From Pseudovirgaria hyperparasitica (lineage: Eukaryota), in the NCBI GenBank assembly GCA_010093815.1, contig ML996582.1: 64,000 nucleotides of DNA. One strand, given 5' to 3'. Shown piece by piece: positions 38,183 to 51,866 of the stretch (position 1 is the first letter of the stretch; each line of letters opens with the position of its first letter). The position numbers and the translations under genes were made by a program. The notes under the pieces were generated by a model that was not told where the DNA came from, did not search any database, and saw nothing but the letters and a program-made list of their open reading frames with translations.

Positions 38183-40168
38183 TCATTTGTGATCCCTGCG
38201 AAAGGCACTGAAGAGGCGTCTGATGCTCCCATGCTTTTTCTGACATTTCTCCGCAGCAGGACTACTACTGCTCAGGGGTATCATACTTGTTGGGCGAGAC
38301 TTTGAATTCCTTGGAGTGGTGCAGGCACTGAGTGAAGCGGACAAATCACCCGAATCCCAGAGATTCTTGGTCGATTCGGGCGGGAGATATGCAGAATGTG
38401 CGCGGGGAACGGTCGTTTGGGGGTCTGGTGGCCGATTTGATGGTGTTTGATGATATTTCTCCACCTCTGCCTCTTCATCCTCCTCGCTTGCTGCGGGTAG
38501 CGGGGGTGCAATTGCAATCTTGGGAGTGGTAGTAGTACTCATGGCAGAGGTGTGTTGCTCCTTGTCTGAATCAGTCCCCTCGTCTGCTTCGGCCAGATCT
38601 GGCGGTAAGGATGTCCGCTTCCGTTGCCGTTTACTTGAAGCACGTTGCAGGTAGACCGAGCCAGTAGAGGTTGAGCGGCGCGTAGCGAAGGTGGTGGGAA
38701 GCGTCGAGACTCTGGTAGGGGCGGCAGGCGCAGTCTCTGTTGCAGAATGATTGGTGGCGGTGATGGTCTGGCTGCGCAAGGTCGTGGGTGATCGGAAGAG
38801 GCGTGGAAAGGTTCGGCGTGGCTCTTCCGAGCTTGTCGAGCTGCTCAGAACGCTGGCAGTGTCGGAGATGGGCAGGGAAACTCTGCGTTGCGGCGGCGGC
38901 GACGCAAGCCCAGCAGGCGCGGCGGCTGATCCATCGAGTGTTGTCGTTGAGTCGGCAGCAGCAGCAGCAGGCTGGGCATAGCGGAAAGCTGTTGACCAAT
39001 TCTCGCAAAAGGCAACATAGACGCCCGAAACGATGATGAATTTACGCAAGGCGTCGTCGGTAAAGGCCATGTCTTTGAGATCCAGGTTCTGCGACTCGAG
39101 GTAGCCAGAGCCGGTGTCGAGGAAGGCGGCGGTAGGGGATTCTTGGGGTGTCTGACCCGGCGATGTATCTGCTTTTGCTGGGACTGAATACTGATGCATG
39201 ATTTCCAACTTCTTGGGCGTCATGGAGGCGATGACTGGATGGCGTCTGGAGTCGGCACTGATTGTGCTGAAATTGAACTTTTTCTTCTTCTGATCCGGAG
39301 CGAGCGTCTGTGCCGAGACACGAGCTATGGACTGCGAGGACATCCTGCGCTTCGGGGCACGCACTACCCATCGAGCCTTGAGCTCGAGGCCGTGATGATC
39401 GGTCGAGGTGAACTCGTAATTCCCATTCCGCAGTTGCGTCACATTCCACACCGAGTTGTCATCCATGCATATCTCCGTGCGCGTGCTCTTGCCGTCCTGG
39501 CTCCTCGTCACGCAAACCACACCAACCGGCTCGCCTCCTTCTGGGGTGTCGTCGTCCAAGCTCTCATTATCGTCGATAGGGCCATACGAGTCCGATCGCA
39601 TGACGACGACATCATCGGGCCCAAGCTTTTCTATGGCCTTGAATATACGACCGAGTTTCCGGGCGAATCGAACGGGACAGCGGGTGGAGGGAACGACCTC
39701 GAATTCGGGCCGTGGACGAGAACCGGGCGTCAGCTTGTGTAGCTGTAGGAGCACGCGAGGCCTGACATGGAGCTTCTGTCGCTGGCGAGGGCCTGGCGGA
39801 GGGTGGGCGAGATTGAAGACCGACTTTGAGCGAGAGGAACGAGTCTTTTGTCTTGACGGGTCATCGTCGGCGGTGGAGGCATTGGAGACGACGTCTTCAC
39901 TGGCGTGAGAGAGGGTATCGGAGTCTCTTAGCATCATGCTCTTGCGGGCAGTATGTGTGTGGGATGGATCGGTGTGAAGCACAACCTTTTCTGGGAGGGT
40001 GTCTGGCGGAGGAGGTTTCTGGAAGGAGACGGCAGAGAGGAGGGCGTTGAGGGCGAAGCGATGCAGAGGAATGGAAGGCGAGTCGAGGGACGGAGAGGTG
40101 GAAGTGGGCGTGGAGAACTCGTGGCCGTGCTGTGCAGCGGCGTCGGCAGCCATTGAGGAGAAGAACAT
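38183..40168 (-). CDS. Fungal hypothetical protein (661 aa) with S/T-rich disordered C-terminus
   Basis: Long single-exon ORF with globular core (LAHPPP..RPRVLLQLH..RPRPEFEV; FNFSTISADSRRHPVIASM). Confidence 0.8.
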   Translation of the reverse strand: MFFSSMAADAAAQHGHEFSTPTSTSPSLDSPSIPLHRFALNALLSAVSFQKPPPPDTLPEKVVLHTDPSHTHTARKSMMLRDSDTLSHASEDVVSNASTADDDPSRQKTRSSRSKSVFNLAHPPPGPRQRQKLHVRPRVLLQLHKLTPGSRPRPEFEVVPSTRCPVRFARKLGRIFKAIEKLGPDDVVVMRSDSYGPIDDNESLDDDTPEGGEPVGVVCVTRSQDGKSTRTEICMDDNSVWNVTQLRNGNYEFTSTDHHGLELKARWVVRAPKRRMSSQSIARVSAQTLAPDQKKKKFNFSTISADSRRHPVIASMTPKKLEIMHQYSVPAKADTSPGQTPQESPTAAFLDTGSGYLESQNLDLKDMAFTDDALRKFIIVSGVYVAFCENWSTAFRYAQPAAAAADSTTTLDGSAAAPAGLASPPPQRRVSLPISDTASVLSSSTSSEEPRRTFPRLFRSPTTLRSQTITATNHSATETAPAAPTRVSTLPTTFATRRSTSTGSVYLQRASSKRQRKRTSLPPDLAEADEGTDSDKEQHTSAMSTTTTPKIAIAPPLPAASEEDEEAEVEKYHQTPSNRPPDPQTTVPRAHSAYLPPESTKNLWDSGDLSASLSACTTPRNSKSRPTSMIPLSSSSPAAEKCQKKHGSIRRLFSAFRRDHK

Positions 40169-41908
40169 GTGGTGAAGTGGGTGGGTGAGTGAGTGGTTAA
40201 GGCGAATGGAAGGTGGAGGATGGCAGGCACATGCCGATGGTGGAGGTGGTGAGGTGGTGAGGTGGTGAGGTCAGAGCATGAGTGGGACGAGAAACAGCAT
40301 GAGCGAGAAGAGAGGGAGGGGCAGATGAAGATAATATTATTAGGATTACGGACGGACGAGCTGAGGCAGAGCAGGAATCGGAGGAAAAAGATTGGAGCGG
40401 CGTTCAGCCTCAAAAGGAAGAGCCGGGACTGGCACAAGGCTGGCTGGTAATTAGGGTATTGTTATGAAGGAATGGTAGGAAGCTGGGTGGTGGAAGTCGG
40501 TGTAGCTGACGTGAAGGTGGACAAAGGAGTCGGAGTGTAATGTAGTGGAGTAGAGGGGATTGGTAGTAGGTTGTTAGTTGGTGTTAGGATAGGGATTTTA
40601 GTTTGGCTGACAGGTCTCGCAAGCTGGGCGAGAAGCGGTAAGAGGAATTTGTTAGTAGGAATGCAGTCAAGTGACGGACAGAAAGGAGGAGTTCAGCCAA
40701 GAGCGCGGACGGACGAGAAGAAGATTTCGAGTATTATTATGATTCGGCTTGCCAGACTGGTGAGATGGAGTGATGGATGGGATGATGGGATGGAGAGAGA
40801 GACCGGGGCATGGGTGGTGGTCGGCATGACTCTCCAGCCGGCTCCGGTGATGAAGGTGACTTCTGGATGATGAAGGTGGGCTGACTTTAGTAGGATGGCG
40901 GAATGGCCAGGCTAGGTAATTAAGGTAATTATTAGACAAAGACACTCTACGCAGTCGCAGATTATCCAATCCATCCTCCCTCCCTACCACCACCTCTTTC
41001 GCTTCCACAGTTCCAGGTGGGACATGACGACAAGACGATGAAACCGGGGCCGCCGCATTGGACCTGATCCAGGCAGCGATCACTTTGCTAACCAGTATAG
41101 AACTATAGAAGGACAGTTACGGGCGGGTGGTTCGCAGCGTGCCAAGCCAGCCGACCAGGATGGCGCAGTCGCATCATTACTGGCCCCCCTTTGAAGTCTT
41201 GAGCAGCAACAGAGTTAATGCTCCGGGCGCAGTCGGCGACGTTCGTTCAGGGGGAGAGATGGCTGACTGACTCTGGCTGAGTGGTGACTGGCACCAGGCT
41301 GGGTGTAAGTAGAGTGTATACTGTATAGTTGCAAGTGACGGGTCTGTAGATCTGTCAAAGCCCGGCACTGCTGCTGTGTAGGATCAATAAATTACCAATT
41401 ACCAATCCCTGATTACACATCACCCACACGTTACCCATCGAGGGGCAGCCCGTCAGCCCACCGGTAATAGGAAAATAGCAAGACGTTCGCCGCGTTGACC
41501 CTTCCGCACGCATCCGAGAGAGAGACTACAACATCAGACTGTTGTCCCTTCTATCATGCCTTTTGCTGCGAGTCTTGTCGTCCTCGTCGTCTTGGAGCTG
41601 TGCCATCGCTATCATCACCATTGACCTGCGAGCCTGCCCCTCCCTCGGCCGAATCCTCATTTCTCTTCAAAGAAGGAATCTTCATGCCTGCATCGTGACT
41701 ACTGTCCACCTTACTGCTTCCCTTCCACCCTTAATTACCATCCCACTCTGCTCGCTATAAACAAACACACAATCACTCACTCACTCACTGCTCTTCGTCT
41801 TCATCCCCAACCAACAACCATCCATACTTGCACTCTGGGCCACTTTCATTCTTTCACTCATTCATTCGCTATTATCCATCCATTCTCCCATACACGCCCG
41901 GCCCGCCC

Positions 41909-42098
41909 ATGGATCTGCTCGATCCTCGCACCGGTCCCGACTCTGATACCTTGTCCTATCCAAACCCCTTTCTCAACTACACCGCTGCCAAGGCTTGGTT
42001 CGTCGACAACGGCGGCCGCTTTCATGAGAAATGCTTTCTGGATCGTAGCTCCACCGGCGTCGCTTTGTATGCCCGGCAAGACATCCCTCTTGATCATC

Positions 42099-42131
<33 letters not shown>

Positions 42132-44562
42132 CCACCACTGAGCCAACATCTGACAATGTCATCTGCTACTGTCCCATGAATCTGTCCATCTCCTACCTCA
42201 ACGTACTGCCCCCAGATCACCCACACTTCAAGCTCTCCATCCCGCATTTCTATGATAGTCTGGCTGCCAAGCTCGTTGCCTCCACCCCTCTCCACGTCGT
42301 CTCCTGGTTCTTCTTGGCCGAGCAATATCTAAAAGGCAAGGACTCGCCCTGGTACTACTACATCGCCGCTCTGCCTCCCATCGGTGACATTCCCTGGATA
42401 GACGAGGATTACGTCAAGCCCTGGCTGCGAGGCACAAACCTCTTCCATGCCACCGACGCAAGAAACGTCCTATGGAATTCCTGGATAGAAAAGGCCTTGC
42501 AAATACTGCGCGACGCCGGCTTCCGTCACCTCGACAAGTACAACTGGTCAGCCTCTTCACTCCTTCTTGTGATGCAACAAACGCACACTGGCCGACACTG
42601 CTCCAGCCCCCATACTGACTGGCCCCTCAAGCCGGCTAACTGAGTTGCAGGGATCTCATGCACTGGGCTGCACAGCTCTACTCCTCCAGAGGCTTCACTT
42701 CCACACACATCTTCCCAGACATCACCCCTCCTCTCTCCATCCTCTTTCCCGTCATAGACTTTCTCAATCACAGCAACGATGCAAAAGTCACCTGGGCCTT
42801 CACTCCCCGCGCCAATCCAGACGGCTTCTACCTCGAGACCAACCAGTCGCACAAACGGGGCGACCAAGTCTTTAACAACTACGGGCCAAAGTCTAATGAA
42901 GAATTGATGCTGGGATACGGTTTTTGTATCAAGAACAATCCATTCGATCATGTCGTCATGCGTCCCGTCCTCAGTCACCAGCTCGACCAACTGAGCCTCG
43001 CCTTCAGAGAAGAACTGGCTGCCTGCTCGGGCAGGAACGTGGTCGAACTGCAGGCCGGTGTCGACTTCTTCATCCGCAGAGCTGACCACCCGGCTGGCGA
43101 CTACCGCGCCGCCAACTATCCCACCCTTCTCACCTTCTTTCACCCTCGTCTGGTGAGGATGCTGATCGGGCTCAGCTACGCCACCTCCCATCGCGTTCGT
43201 CGCAACGGCCGGGCCCCCATCGACTTGGGCAAGCCAGACCAGGGTCGTCTCATCCTGCAGGCCTATCGCAACATTGTCAAGTCTCTCGAGGGCCGCGTCG
43301 CCGCTATCCGCCAGAACCAGAGAGAGAATGGCGTGCCAGAGAGCGCGCGCCAGAACTTTGCCGTCATTTACCGCGACTCGCAGCTCGACATTATGCTCGA
43401 CGTCATCCAGCGCTACACCGAGACGGTCCAGTCCCTTCTCGCCGTCGGCCAACGCCCACTTCCAGACCTCAGCGGCAGCTGCGCCATTGTCGACCTGACC
43501 AATGTCATGTACGCCCTGAGGGAGACTATGCCCGACCACTACGAGGACTTTGTCGACGGCATCTCGAATGAGGTGCCCGACACGCGTGATCCGGCCGAGA
43601 TTGTGAGCCACGAGAATGCCGACACCGTCTTTGTCATGCTGCTCGCCTTTATCAGGACGAGCCGGGTCGTGCCCCTGCGGAACGGCCTCATCCTGCTCCC
43701 ACAAGCATGGGTTTCGGACCTCATGGCCTCCTACACCCGTCCCATTGCCGATGCCGTAGACACTGTCAGCAGACCCTTTTGCGAGTCGGTAATCGAGCTC
43801 GCCCGGCATGGCCGCAGCCCGTCCTCGGTCTGGCTGGAGAATGAGCCCGAGAATGACATGGTCGAGAATATGGTGTGGGCCATGTGGGTCTTTGGCCACG
43901 AGGCCTGGCACTGGGAGGGCAGGGACGTTATTTATGTCCGAGATTTGGTTGGCACCGTACCCTTTCATGGCTATGCCAAGGAGGACTGGCTGTGGCCAGA
44001 CTGTCCCGCTCCAGCCGAGGGCGGCGGCGGCGGCGGCGGCGGCAACGTTGACGGCGGCGACGACGACGGCGATTCGGGGGTGACCAGAGACGACGGTGAT
44101 TCGGGGGCGACAGCAGCAGCAGCGGAGGACAATTCGGATCTTGGTTCTTCTGAGGCGGTCGGTGGTGGTGGTGCTGCTGCTGCTGCTCCTAGGCCCATGA
44201 TTCGCGCAAGAGTCTCCTCCGGTCTGGCCCCAACAATGCCGTCGAGAGTGACGGAGAGAATGGCCGAGCAAGCGCCGTCGAGACAGCCGTCGACGGGGAA
44301 CCTGTACACTGCCAGTAATGGTGTCAACGGTCATGCTGCCGACGGTCCTGCTGTCAACGGTCATGCTGCCGACGGTCCTGCTGTCAACGGTCATGCTGCC
44401 GATGGTCCTGCTGTCAACGGTCATGCTGCCGACGGTCCTGCTGTCAACGGTGATGCTGTCAACGGTGATGCTGTCAACGGCCGTGCTGCCGATGGTCCTG
44501 CCGTCAACGGTGATGCTGTCAACGGCCATGCTGTCAATGGATCATCAAGCGGAGCCAACTAG
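41909..44562 (+). CDS. SET-domain protein lysine methyltransferase (Rkm1/SETD3/SETD6-like)
   Basis: [62 protein letters not shown]; intron 42547-42650. Confidence 0.88.
44322..44540 (+). repeat. Coding 30-bp tandem repeat ([10 protein letters not shown]) with 15-bp sub-units at the SET protein C-terminus
   Basis: GTCAACGGTCATGCTGCCGACGGTCCTGCT repeated about 4 times, followed by degenerate copies. Confidence 0.92.
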
Positions 44563-45236
44563 AAGAAAAAAAAAACCTTCGCATCATCAAGGCCAGGAGC
44601 TGCCGTGCTCAAAGTCGCCGCAAACTCCCTTTTATACCATTAGAGAATTGACAATCTAACACCACAACGCCCACTCCCATGATTTTCATCTCCAAAATCA
44701 GGCCCACGCACATCGTCCACACATGCTTCCAAGACAAGCCCCCTTCGTTTCCACTCCGTGCACGGAATGGCCTATCGATCTTACCATACTATTCGTAATC
44801 TTCTGTCTCGTCCGTCAGCAGACAGTTATTGCTGGCAGTCACCTTGCAGTGTGCCACCCTTTGTACTAGCAGGAGTCAAGAGAGATGAACGCCCAGCAGG
44901 TGTGTCACCGCTGAAAGTCATGTAATTGCACACGACTATAATGCGCAGAGACATGTATGAGCATGCTTTTTTTTTTTTTTCATTCGTGATGTTTGGTTAC
45001 CTGTCTTGCCTTTCCGATCCGCCCTTTCTTTCCTTTCTTCCCGAGAATTGAACTTGAATGACTACCATTAATGTGGTCGTTCGAAGCTCGCAGAAAAGCC
45101 GGGCGCGCCAGGGATGGCAGGCTATCGTTCCACACATGAAGTCATGTACTCGGCATGAGCAACCTTTGTCTACGAGCACACCTAGCCCGAGCACACCTAG
45201 CCCTACTCCTTCCAGACCGTTCGAACTTACTCGACC

Positions 45237-48014
45237 TCACAAGCACTATACAAGCACAATTAGCACGCACTCACACACACACGCCCCCGCGAAGCCCAAG
45301 CCACAAACTCACCTGCCCATAATCCGGATTGACAACCACACACACCAGCCCAACCGCACAGAACCGCGCCCCAGCATAACTCCGCCCGGCACACTGCCCA
45401 TACCGCCCCACCGGCCCCGCCACAGCAAGCCCAAGAATCCGCTCACTCGCCCGCTCCGCCACCGCCGCCACCGCCGCCGACGGATTCGAACTGACATGCC
45501 CCGGAAACACACTCGCATCCACCACAAACACATTATCCGTCCCGTACACCCGCGCATCCACATCCACGACCGCCGTCCCGCCCGTCAGCAGCCCATTGTC
45601 CGTGCCCATCTTCGCCGTGCCAATCCAGTGGTTTGCCCGTCGCGCCGCCGGCGTCCGCGGATAGCCTGCCAGGTACGCCTCGACCGAGGTGCCCGGACTG
45701 GGCCGTTCGATTGTGATGCGCTGGTCCGAGGAGGAGGCTGTCAGGGCGGCGAGGATGGTGCGTAGGCTGGATGCTACTGCTGCGTTGTCGGCGGCGGTCT
45801 TGAGGTATGGTGGGTCGGAGACGAGGATGGAGAGGGCGGGCGTGATGGTTAGGGTGCCGCGCGAGGTGGCGCCGCGGCCGAGGTATTGCGAGATTGTCAT
45901 GGATGTGTTTGCCGGGTTGGAGACGTCGAGGGAGGGCTCGACGCGGGCGGTGTATTGGAGTTGGCGGGCGGTGGTGTTGCTATCGCCGGGTATGACGTGC
46001 CAGAAGATGGGGCCGATGTTGGGTGCTGCCTGGGCGAGGATGCCGGTGCGGGAAGTCAGGTAGGCGGATGCGTCTGCGGGGATGGGGTGGTCGTAGGCAG
46101 CGTAGAAGTCGTAGGCTGAGACGTCCGGGTGGCGGATCACGATGTCGGTGTTGGCGTGGTCGTTGAGGTTGTGCCCGACGGGCAGGATGATCCAGTCGGA
46201 TTGGTTGGCGAAGCTTGCGCCGTCGAGGGCGGAGCTGGCGACGGTCTTGAGCTGGTCTGCTGGCCCGATGCCGGAGCGGAAGAGGATCTTGGCTGTGTTG
46301 AAGGTGCCGGCGGAGAGGATGACGCGGCCTGTGTTTGTGGTCAGGTTGACGATGCCGCAGTGTCCGGCCTCGAGCTCGACGCCGGTGGCGTGGCCGGTGG
46401 CGGTGCGCACGACGCGCCGGACGGATGTGTTGGTGAGCAGGCGGAAGTTCTTGCGCGCGCTGGCCGTGACGAGGTATGTAGCCAGCGGCCCGCCGCGCTC
46501 GCCATGCGAGAACATGTACGATGTCTGCGCGAACACTCTGTCCTTGAGGTCCGGGTCCGCGTTGGCGCCGCGCGTCAGGTTCCGCCAGCCGGCTGCGGAC
46601 AGGGCGTTTGCGATGACGGCGTAGCCTTCCTGCTTGTAGAGCCGGTTGTCGGCGGACGGGTGCTCGGTGCCCGGGATGCGGGCGAAGACGCGGGACACGG
46701 GGCGCGCCATGTCGACTGCCTTCCAGCCGGCGGGGAAGTTTGCGTCCCAGTCGGGGGCGGGGGGTTTCCACCAGAGGCCTGCGTTTACGGCTGTGCCGCC
46801 GCCGAGCACGCAGCCGGCCATCTGGTCGATGCCGGTGCAGGCTACGCCCGCCGAGTTGACCCAGATCTCGTTGCAGAGGCCGGGTACGTCGAAGCGCGTC
46901 AGGTTCGTGCCGGCTAGCCAGGTGGGCTTGAGCGTGCCGGCCCAGCGGCCGGAGGATGGCGGGCCTTTTTCGATTAGGAGGACGCTTTTGCCGGCTTCGG
47001 AGAGGCGGTCTGCTAGGGGGATGCCTGCTGCGCCGGCGCCGACGATGATGTAGTCGTATGCTGCCGTTGGTGCCGCGGTGCCTGAGCAGCTTGCGCCTGG
47101 TGGGACGGTCGTGGTCGAGGGAGGTCTTGTTGTTGTTGTTGTTGTTTTCGTTGTTACAGTAGTCGACGGGGGTGTAGGCGTAGCCGACGAAGCCCACGCC
47201 GCATACCCAGCCTGCCGCATACTCGCAATCGGCATGCCAAAGATGCCAATCCCATTATCATGCTCCACGACCACCCTCGCATCATCCGACGTGACCGGCT
47301 CCGGGCTGGCAAACGCCTGCACCCACGCGAGGACCTGCGCGGAATGTGTGTTTGTAGTGATCGGTGGCTGACTCCCTACCGCGCCGTTCTGGTCCCAGTA
47401 CCAGCACCAGCGACAGCGGTACGTGAGGGTGAAGTGCGTGGCATTGACCGTCTCGGCAATCTTGATGAGCGTGGCGTTGCCGGTGTAGGCGTCTGGCTCG
47501 ACGTAGCCGGTTGCGAAGCGGAAGGACGAGCGCACTGTTGTGCCGTCTGCCCATGCGATGAGCAGGAGGGCGTTGGGCATGCTGCCGCCGTGGCTCACGC
47601 CGCTCCAGCCTGCGCCGTTGGTGCGGGCTCCGACCTGTTTTGTTGTGTCCTTGATCAGTGTACGTGCCGTGCCTTTCACGATAGCTGGGACGCACTATCT
47701 GTCCGATATACTCATCGCTAGACCCCGCTGCGTCCTCCTCCGTTGCGGGCAGGGCTAGTCCCCACTGGAACCCGCCTTTGGTTTGGGTATCGGGCCAGGT
47801 CTGACGGTAGAAGGTGATGCCGGTGTCTGGATCTGTGTAGGATTCTTGGGCAAAGGTGCTGGAGAGGACTTTTTTTGTGGCGGATTTATGGTTAGTTCCG
47901 TTGTGCTTATTTATTGGGAGACAAGAGGGGCATGTATGTATACGGACATGTTGATAGCAGGAGCAGTAGTGACAGCGTCGCCGCGTGGGAGATGGGGAGC
48001 TTGGGTATCTTCAT
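45237..48014 (-). CDS. cdh: Cellobiose dehydrogenase (AA8 cytochrome + AA3_1 flavin domain + CBM1), 4 exons
   Basis: Signal peptide MKIPKLP; YTDPDTGITF; heme ligands in GGSM and EHDNG; Thr-rich linker; YDYIIVGAGAAG; ANHWIGT; C-terminal CBM1 YGQCAG...C...NPDYGQ|CL; introns 47869-47947, 47635-47695, 45246-45312. Confidence 0.95.
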
Positions 48015-49692
48015 GTTGGTGATGATGTTGGCGTTGATGTTGATGATGATGTTGGTGATGATGTTGATGTTGGAGATGAATATAACGAAGAATAGGTAGC
48101 CAGCTCAAACGAGACTAGACGAGACGAGAGAAAGAAGAGAAAGTAGTTATAAAGTTGCAAGGAAAATAAAATGAAGTTATGTAACAAAGGGGGACACGAA
48201 ATCAGGAAATCAGCAAGCCCGCCCCAAAAGACAGTCGATAGCTATCATGTTATATAGCCCCCCTCCCTACCTAGCTATCAGAAAAGCCGTCCAGGGTTAG
48301 ATTGACGAGTGTTGTGCCACGAGTTGATAAAAAATAATCTCCCTTACTGCTACTCAAATACCCAACCCAACCCAACCCATCACACGTGGCAGTGACTCAA
48401 CTCTCAACTCAACTCAGTCACTACAACACCAAATAGTAACATCACCTACTTCGCCGAAGTCAGGTCATGGCATGGCATGTCACGCGCGTGCCGGAGAGTG
48501 AGTGTGAGTGTCTGTGTGTGAGTGAAAGTGTTAGAGAGAGGCACGGGGTAATATAATATACGGTTATAATGATGTATATGTATGTGTATGTGTGAGTTTT
48601 GATTGAGGTTGATTACGCCGACAGGGGGAGTTGGGGTAAGCTTGGGGTTTGGCGCGGCACGAGATGCCCCGCATAAAATACTTTAAGCTTTTGATTGTTT
48701 GCTTGGTTTTTTTTTCGGGATGATGTTTTTTGGCTTTGAGTTTATCCGGCCAATGAACGAGCTGTGCAATTTCTTTTAATTCTTTATTTTATTTTAGTTT
48801 TTCCTGGTATTTTTACATTTGGATTGGATTCCGGAGTCTTGCTATGCTATGCTATGCCGTGTTGGAGTCTCGTGTACTTCAGGTGGGTGAGCTTGTTGTC
48901 CTTGTTTGTGGTCCGTGGACCCCGGGCACGCGATCCGGATGACAGGCATCAGGGCCCGACGGCTGTTTACACCTTAGTGCTAGATGTGAGTCCTACTGTA
49001 GCCCTGTATGCGTGTGGTGTCTTCCAATCCTGGTCCTTTGATGTAATACACCCCATGGCCATCGCATGTCGCTTTTCCGGCGTCGTGGTCTTGGTGGTAA
49101 GGCCCAACAAGCCTTCTATATCCATGCGCCGTGGCGATACTGACCAAGCATGCATGTATGGATGCGCTTCGATTCGTCGCTGATGTCTCAATTTTGCAGT
49201 TGGATATGATTATTATTTCGCCAATGGCGACCCTCCACCGGACTTCTGCGCATAAAAGTCTGGTGAGCAACTTGCTCTCCGTGGCCGGAACAAAGCAGTC
49301 GGTCAGCCGTGCGTCCGTCTGGGCGTCGCGGTATCCTCGCAGTCTTGTAGAGACTGACTGAGCACTCATCGTGGTCTCGCAGATTTAATATCAGCCATGT
49401 ACATACAGCCGGAATGAGGCGCATCTTGTATTCTGCGTGCGAGCTCGGCGCGAGTACCTCTGCACATTCCCGTCTCCAAGCCAGTCTGGATGCACGGTGT
49501 CGCTCAGGGGCATACATACCACAGGTACGTACTCTTTTCTCGTTTCAACTGACTCGCGTGCGCGCACGTGTGCGGCTGTGTGCGACTGTGTGCAGCTGTG
49601 TGCAGCTGTGTGAGCAAGGGCGCAATGGAAGAAGTGAAGGCGGTCGGATCAGTGGAAAGCGGAAACTCTAGTATATAATTACATACACTTCA

Positions 49693-50902
49693 TCAGTCAT
49701 CGACCTCTAAAACCTCCGCAACTTTCACCGCACTGCCCGCTCTCTTCTCATTCTTCACTTTCCTCTTGGACACACTTCTGTTCAAAAGTCTCTCTGCGTT
49801 GTCGTGGTACACTGCGCGGATATCTCGCTCGTTGAACCACTTGGTAATGTGCACGTCTTGCCTGGCTTGGATCATCTTTGCCGCAGGCGCAGGTGTATAA
49901 CAGTAATCGGTGCCTAACAGCAGTCTCTCTGCCGGAATAGCCATGCCCTCGACGAGTCCAGCTAGTTGGCCTTTGCCTTCGGTCGAGTTGGGAAACACGA
50001 AGCCGGCCAGATCGAAGTAGCACTGTTCAAGGAGGGTTTTCCGCACGTCGTCTTCGTTCAGAATCACGCCCCCTGGAACGATACGCGAAAAGCCGGTGAA
50101 GCGTGAGAATAGTGGTGGCAAGGCTCCGCCAGCATGCGGAATGATCCATGTGATGTTAGGGTAGCGGGACATGGTCTGCGAGAGGAAAAGGTTGATCACA
50201 GCCCTTGCCGTGTCAAAGAAAAACTCATACCTTGTGCATGGTTTAGCATTTTCCACGCGACAAAGAAAGGGTGAGAAGCTTACATTGGTCTCGGATGATT
50301 TAACAACGGCGCAGCGGCTATAGGCTCGTCGTTGTGGAAAATACAAGGCGTCGTTGGGTGTATCATTACAGTGGCGTACCGTCGATCAAGCTCTGCCATG
50401 ACTGGCTCAAACAAAGGATCTCCGAGATAACGACCATGAGAGTTGGTCAGCGCGAGCACGCCATCTGCTCCTTCGTCGAATGCCACCGCAATCTCCTTGA
50501 GCGTTTCGTTGACAGCAGGAAGGGGAAGACTAGCAAAGTAGCCGAACTTGTCGGGATACTGCCTCTTCAGACCGGCCGCATAGCTGTTCACCGATCTCGT
50601 GATCTTCGCGGCTAATGCATCGTTTCCAGGTACAAGATGAGTACCCGGCGTCGAAATGCTGAGAATGCTCTTGGAGATGTTGGCATCGATCATCAGCTGC
50701 AGATGATCTTCAGGACTCCAGGACTAGGTTTATGGTCAGCCTATCAATTCAACTCATCCACAAAGCTTGTAACATAGTCAATGCGTACCGGGACACCGGG
50801 CATGCCATCTGGATGAGTATGACCATTCTGTTCCAAGGCCTCCCTGTATCCAGGTGGGATATAGTGCGAATGAGTATCGATCTTGGGCGAGAAGGACGAC
50901 AT
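49693..50902 (-). CDS. Amidohydrolase-2 family decarboxylase (6-methylsalicylate decarboxylase-like), 3 exons
   Basis: IDTHSH, ILSISTPG, FGYFASLPLP, MIHPT, EFFFDTARA, IIPHAGG, LLGTDY; introns 50724-50788, 50231-50283. Confidence 0.88.
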
Positions 50903-51866
50903 GTTTGATCGAAGGACGGTGCTCGAATCTACGTGATGTGTGTTTGCGGACCCGAGTAGAGCCAACATCCAACAAGAAGTTATATAAAGGCAACCATGTC
51001 TGCCAGTACCGCTGATGGTTGCCATGTTGAGATGCTGCGCCGTAGTTTCGGGTAACCGTCGGCTCGGAGAAGAGGAGATGAAGTCCGACTCGCGGTGCAG
51101 GATACGATGGAACTGATAGTCGATGCCCTCACTGCCCCATCTCTGTGCATATGCCTACTTGAACGTCTGCTATCTTGAAGGCAGATTATAATCACGCACT
51201 ATAACCGCAACTCGTTATCCGATGAGCCAGGCATCCTAGAAGTCGGTAGACGTGTGTTCATTTTACGGCAAGACATCTAAATTACCCGTTGATGAATACT
51301 CCGAAGGTTGTAATGGATGATGTCACTTCCACTCCTTTAGCATGCATATTGCATACGCCTTCGAGCAACATGCACAGGATCAAGAATCAGAATATACGAA
51401 AAAGCAAGACATCTGATCGTGAAAGTGCATTGAAAGGTGAGATGGGAAGATGAACACGGGAAACCTGAGTCGGGCTCGCTTACTTAGCAAGGATCCTGAC
51501 AGCTCAGCCAATCAGAGAGACCAGAATGATTAAAGCAGATAATGATAGCTACGATCCTCAGGCAGTATCGACGTGCCACTGGGAGTAGTACATTCATAGC
51601 ATTTATGTGATTTTCCAGAATAGTCTGTGCGAATTTCCTTGGTCTATTTTATGATATGAGAATCTCATCTTTCATTCAAGGTCTGCAGCATGACAATGAC
51701 GTGCTCAGGCGTCTATTTGCCGACCGCGCTCGCAGGTACTCCCCGCTCTCCACCAGCCAGAGGGTATAGTGGGCTGCCCGTAATCTTTCTATCGAGCCTC
51801 CATCATGACTGATAGCGACAACAACTCCACGCCTGACGTTCGCGGGCTTCTCCCACGACTTCAGAT

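Noticed and set aside
42526..44529. 667-aa minus-strand ORF
   Set aside because: Antisense shadow of the GC-rich SET gene; starts within the tandem repeat and has no recognisable motifs.
44322..44540. CRISPR-like array
   Set aside because: Tandem coding repeat without unique spacers in a eukaryotic gene.
45058..47721. Several long Arg/Pro-rich overlapping ORFs over CDH (and 34299-35165 over ENA1)
   Set aside because: Alternative-frame artefacts of high GC3 codon usage.
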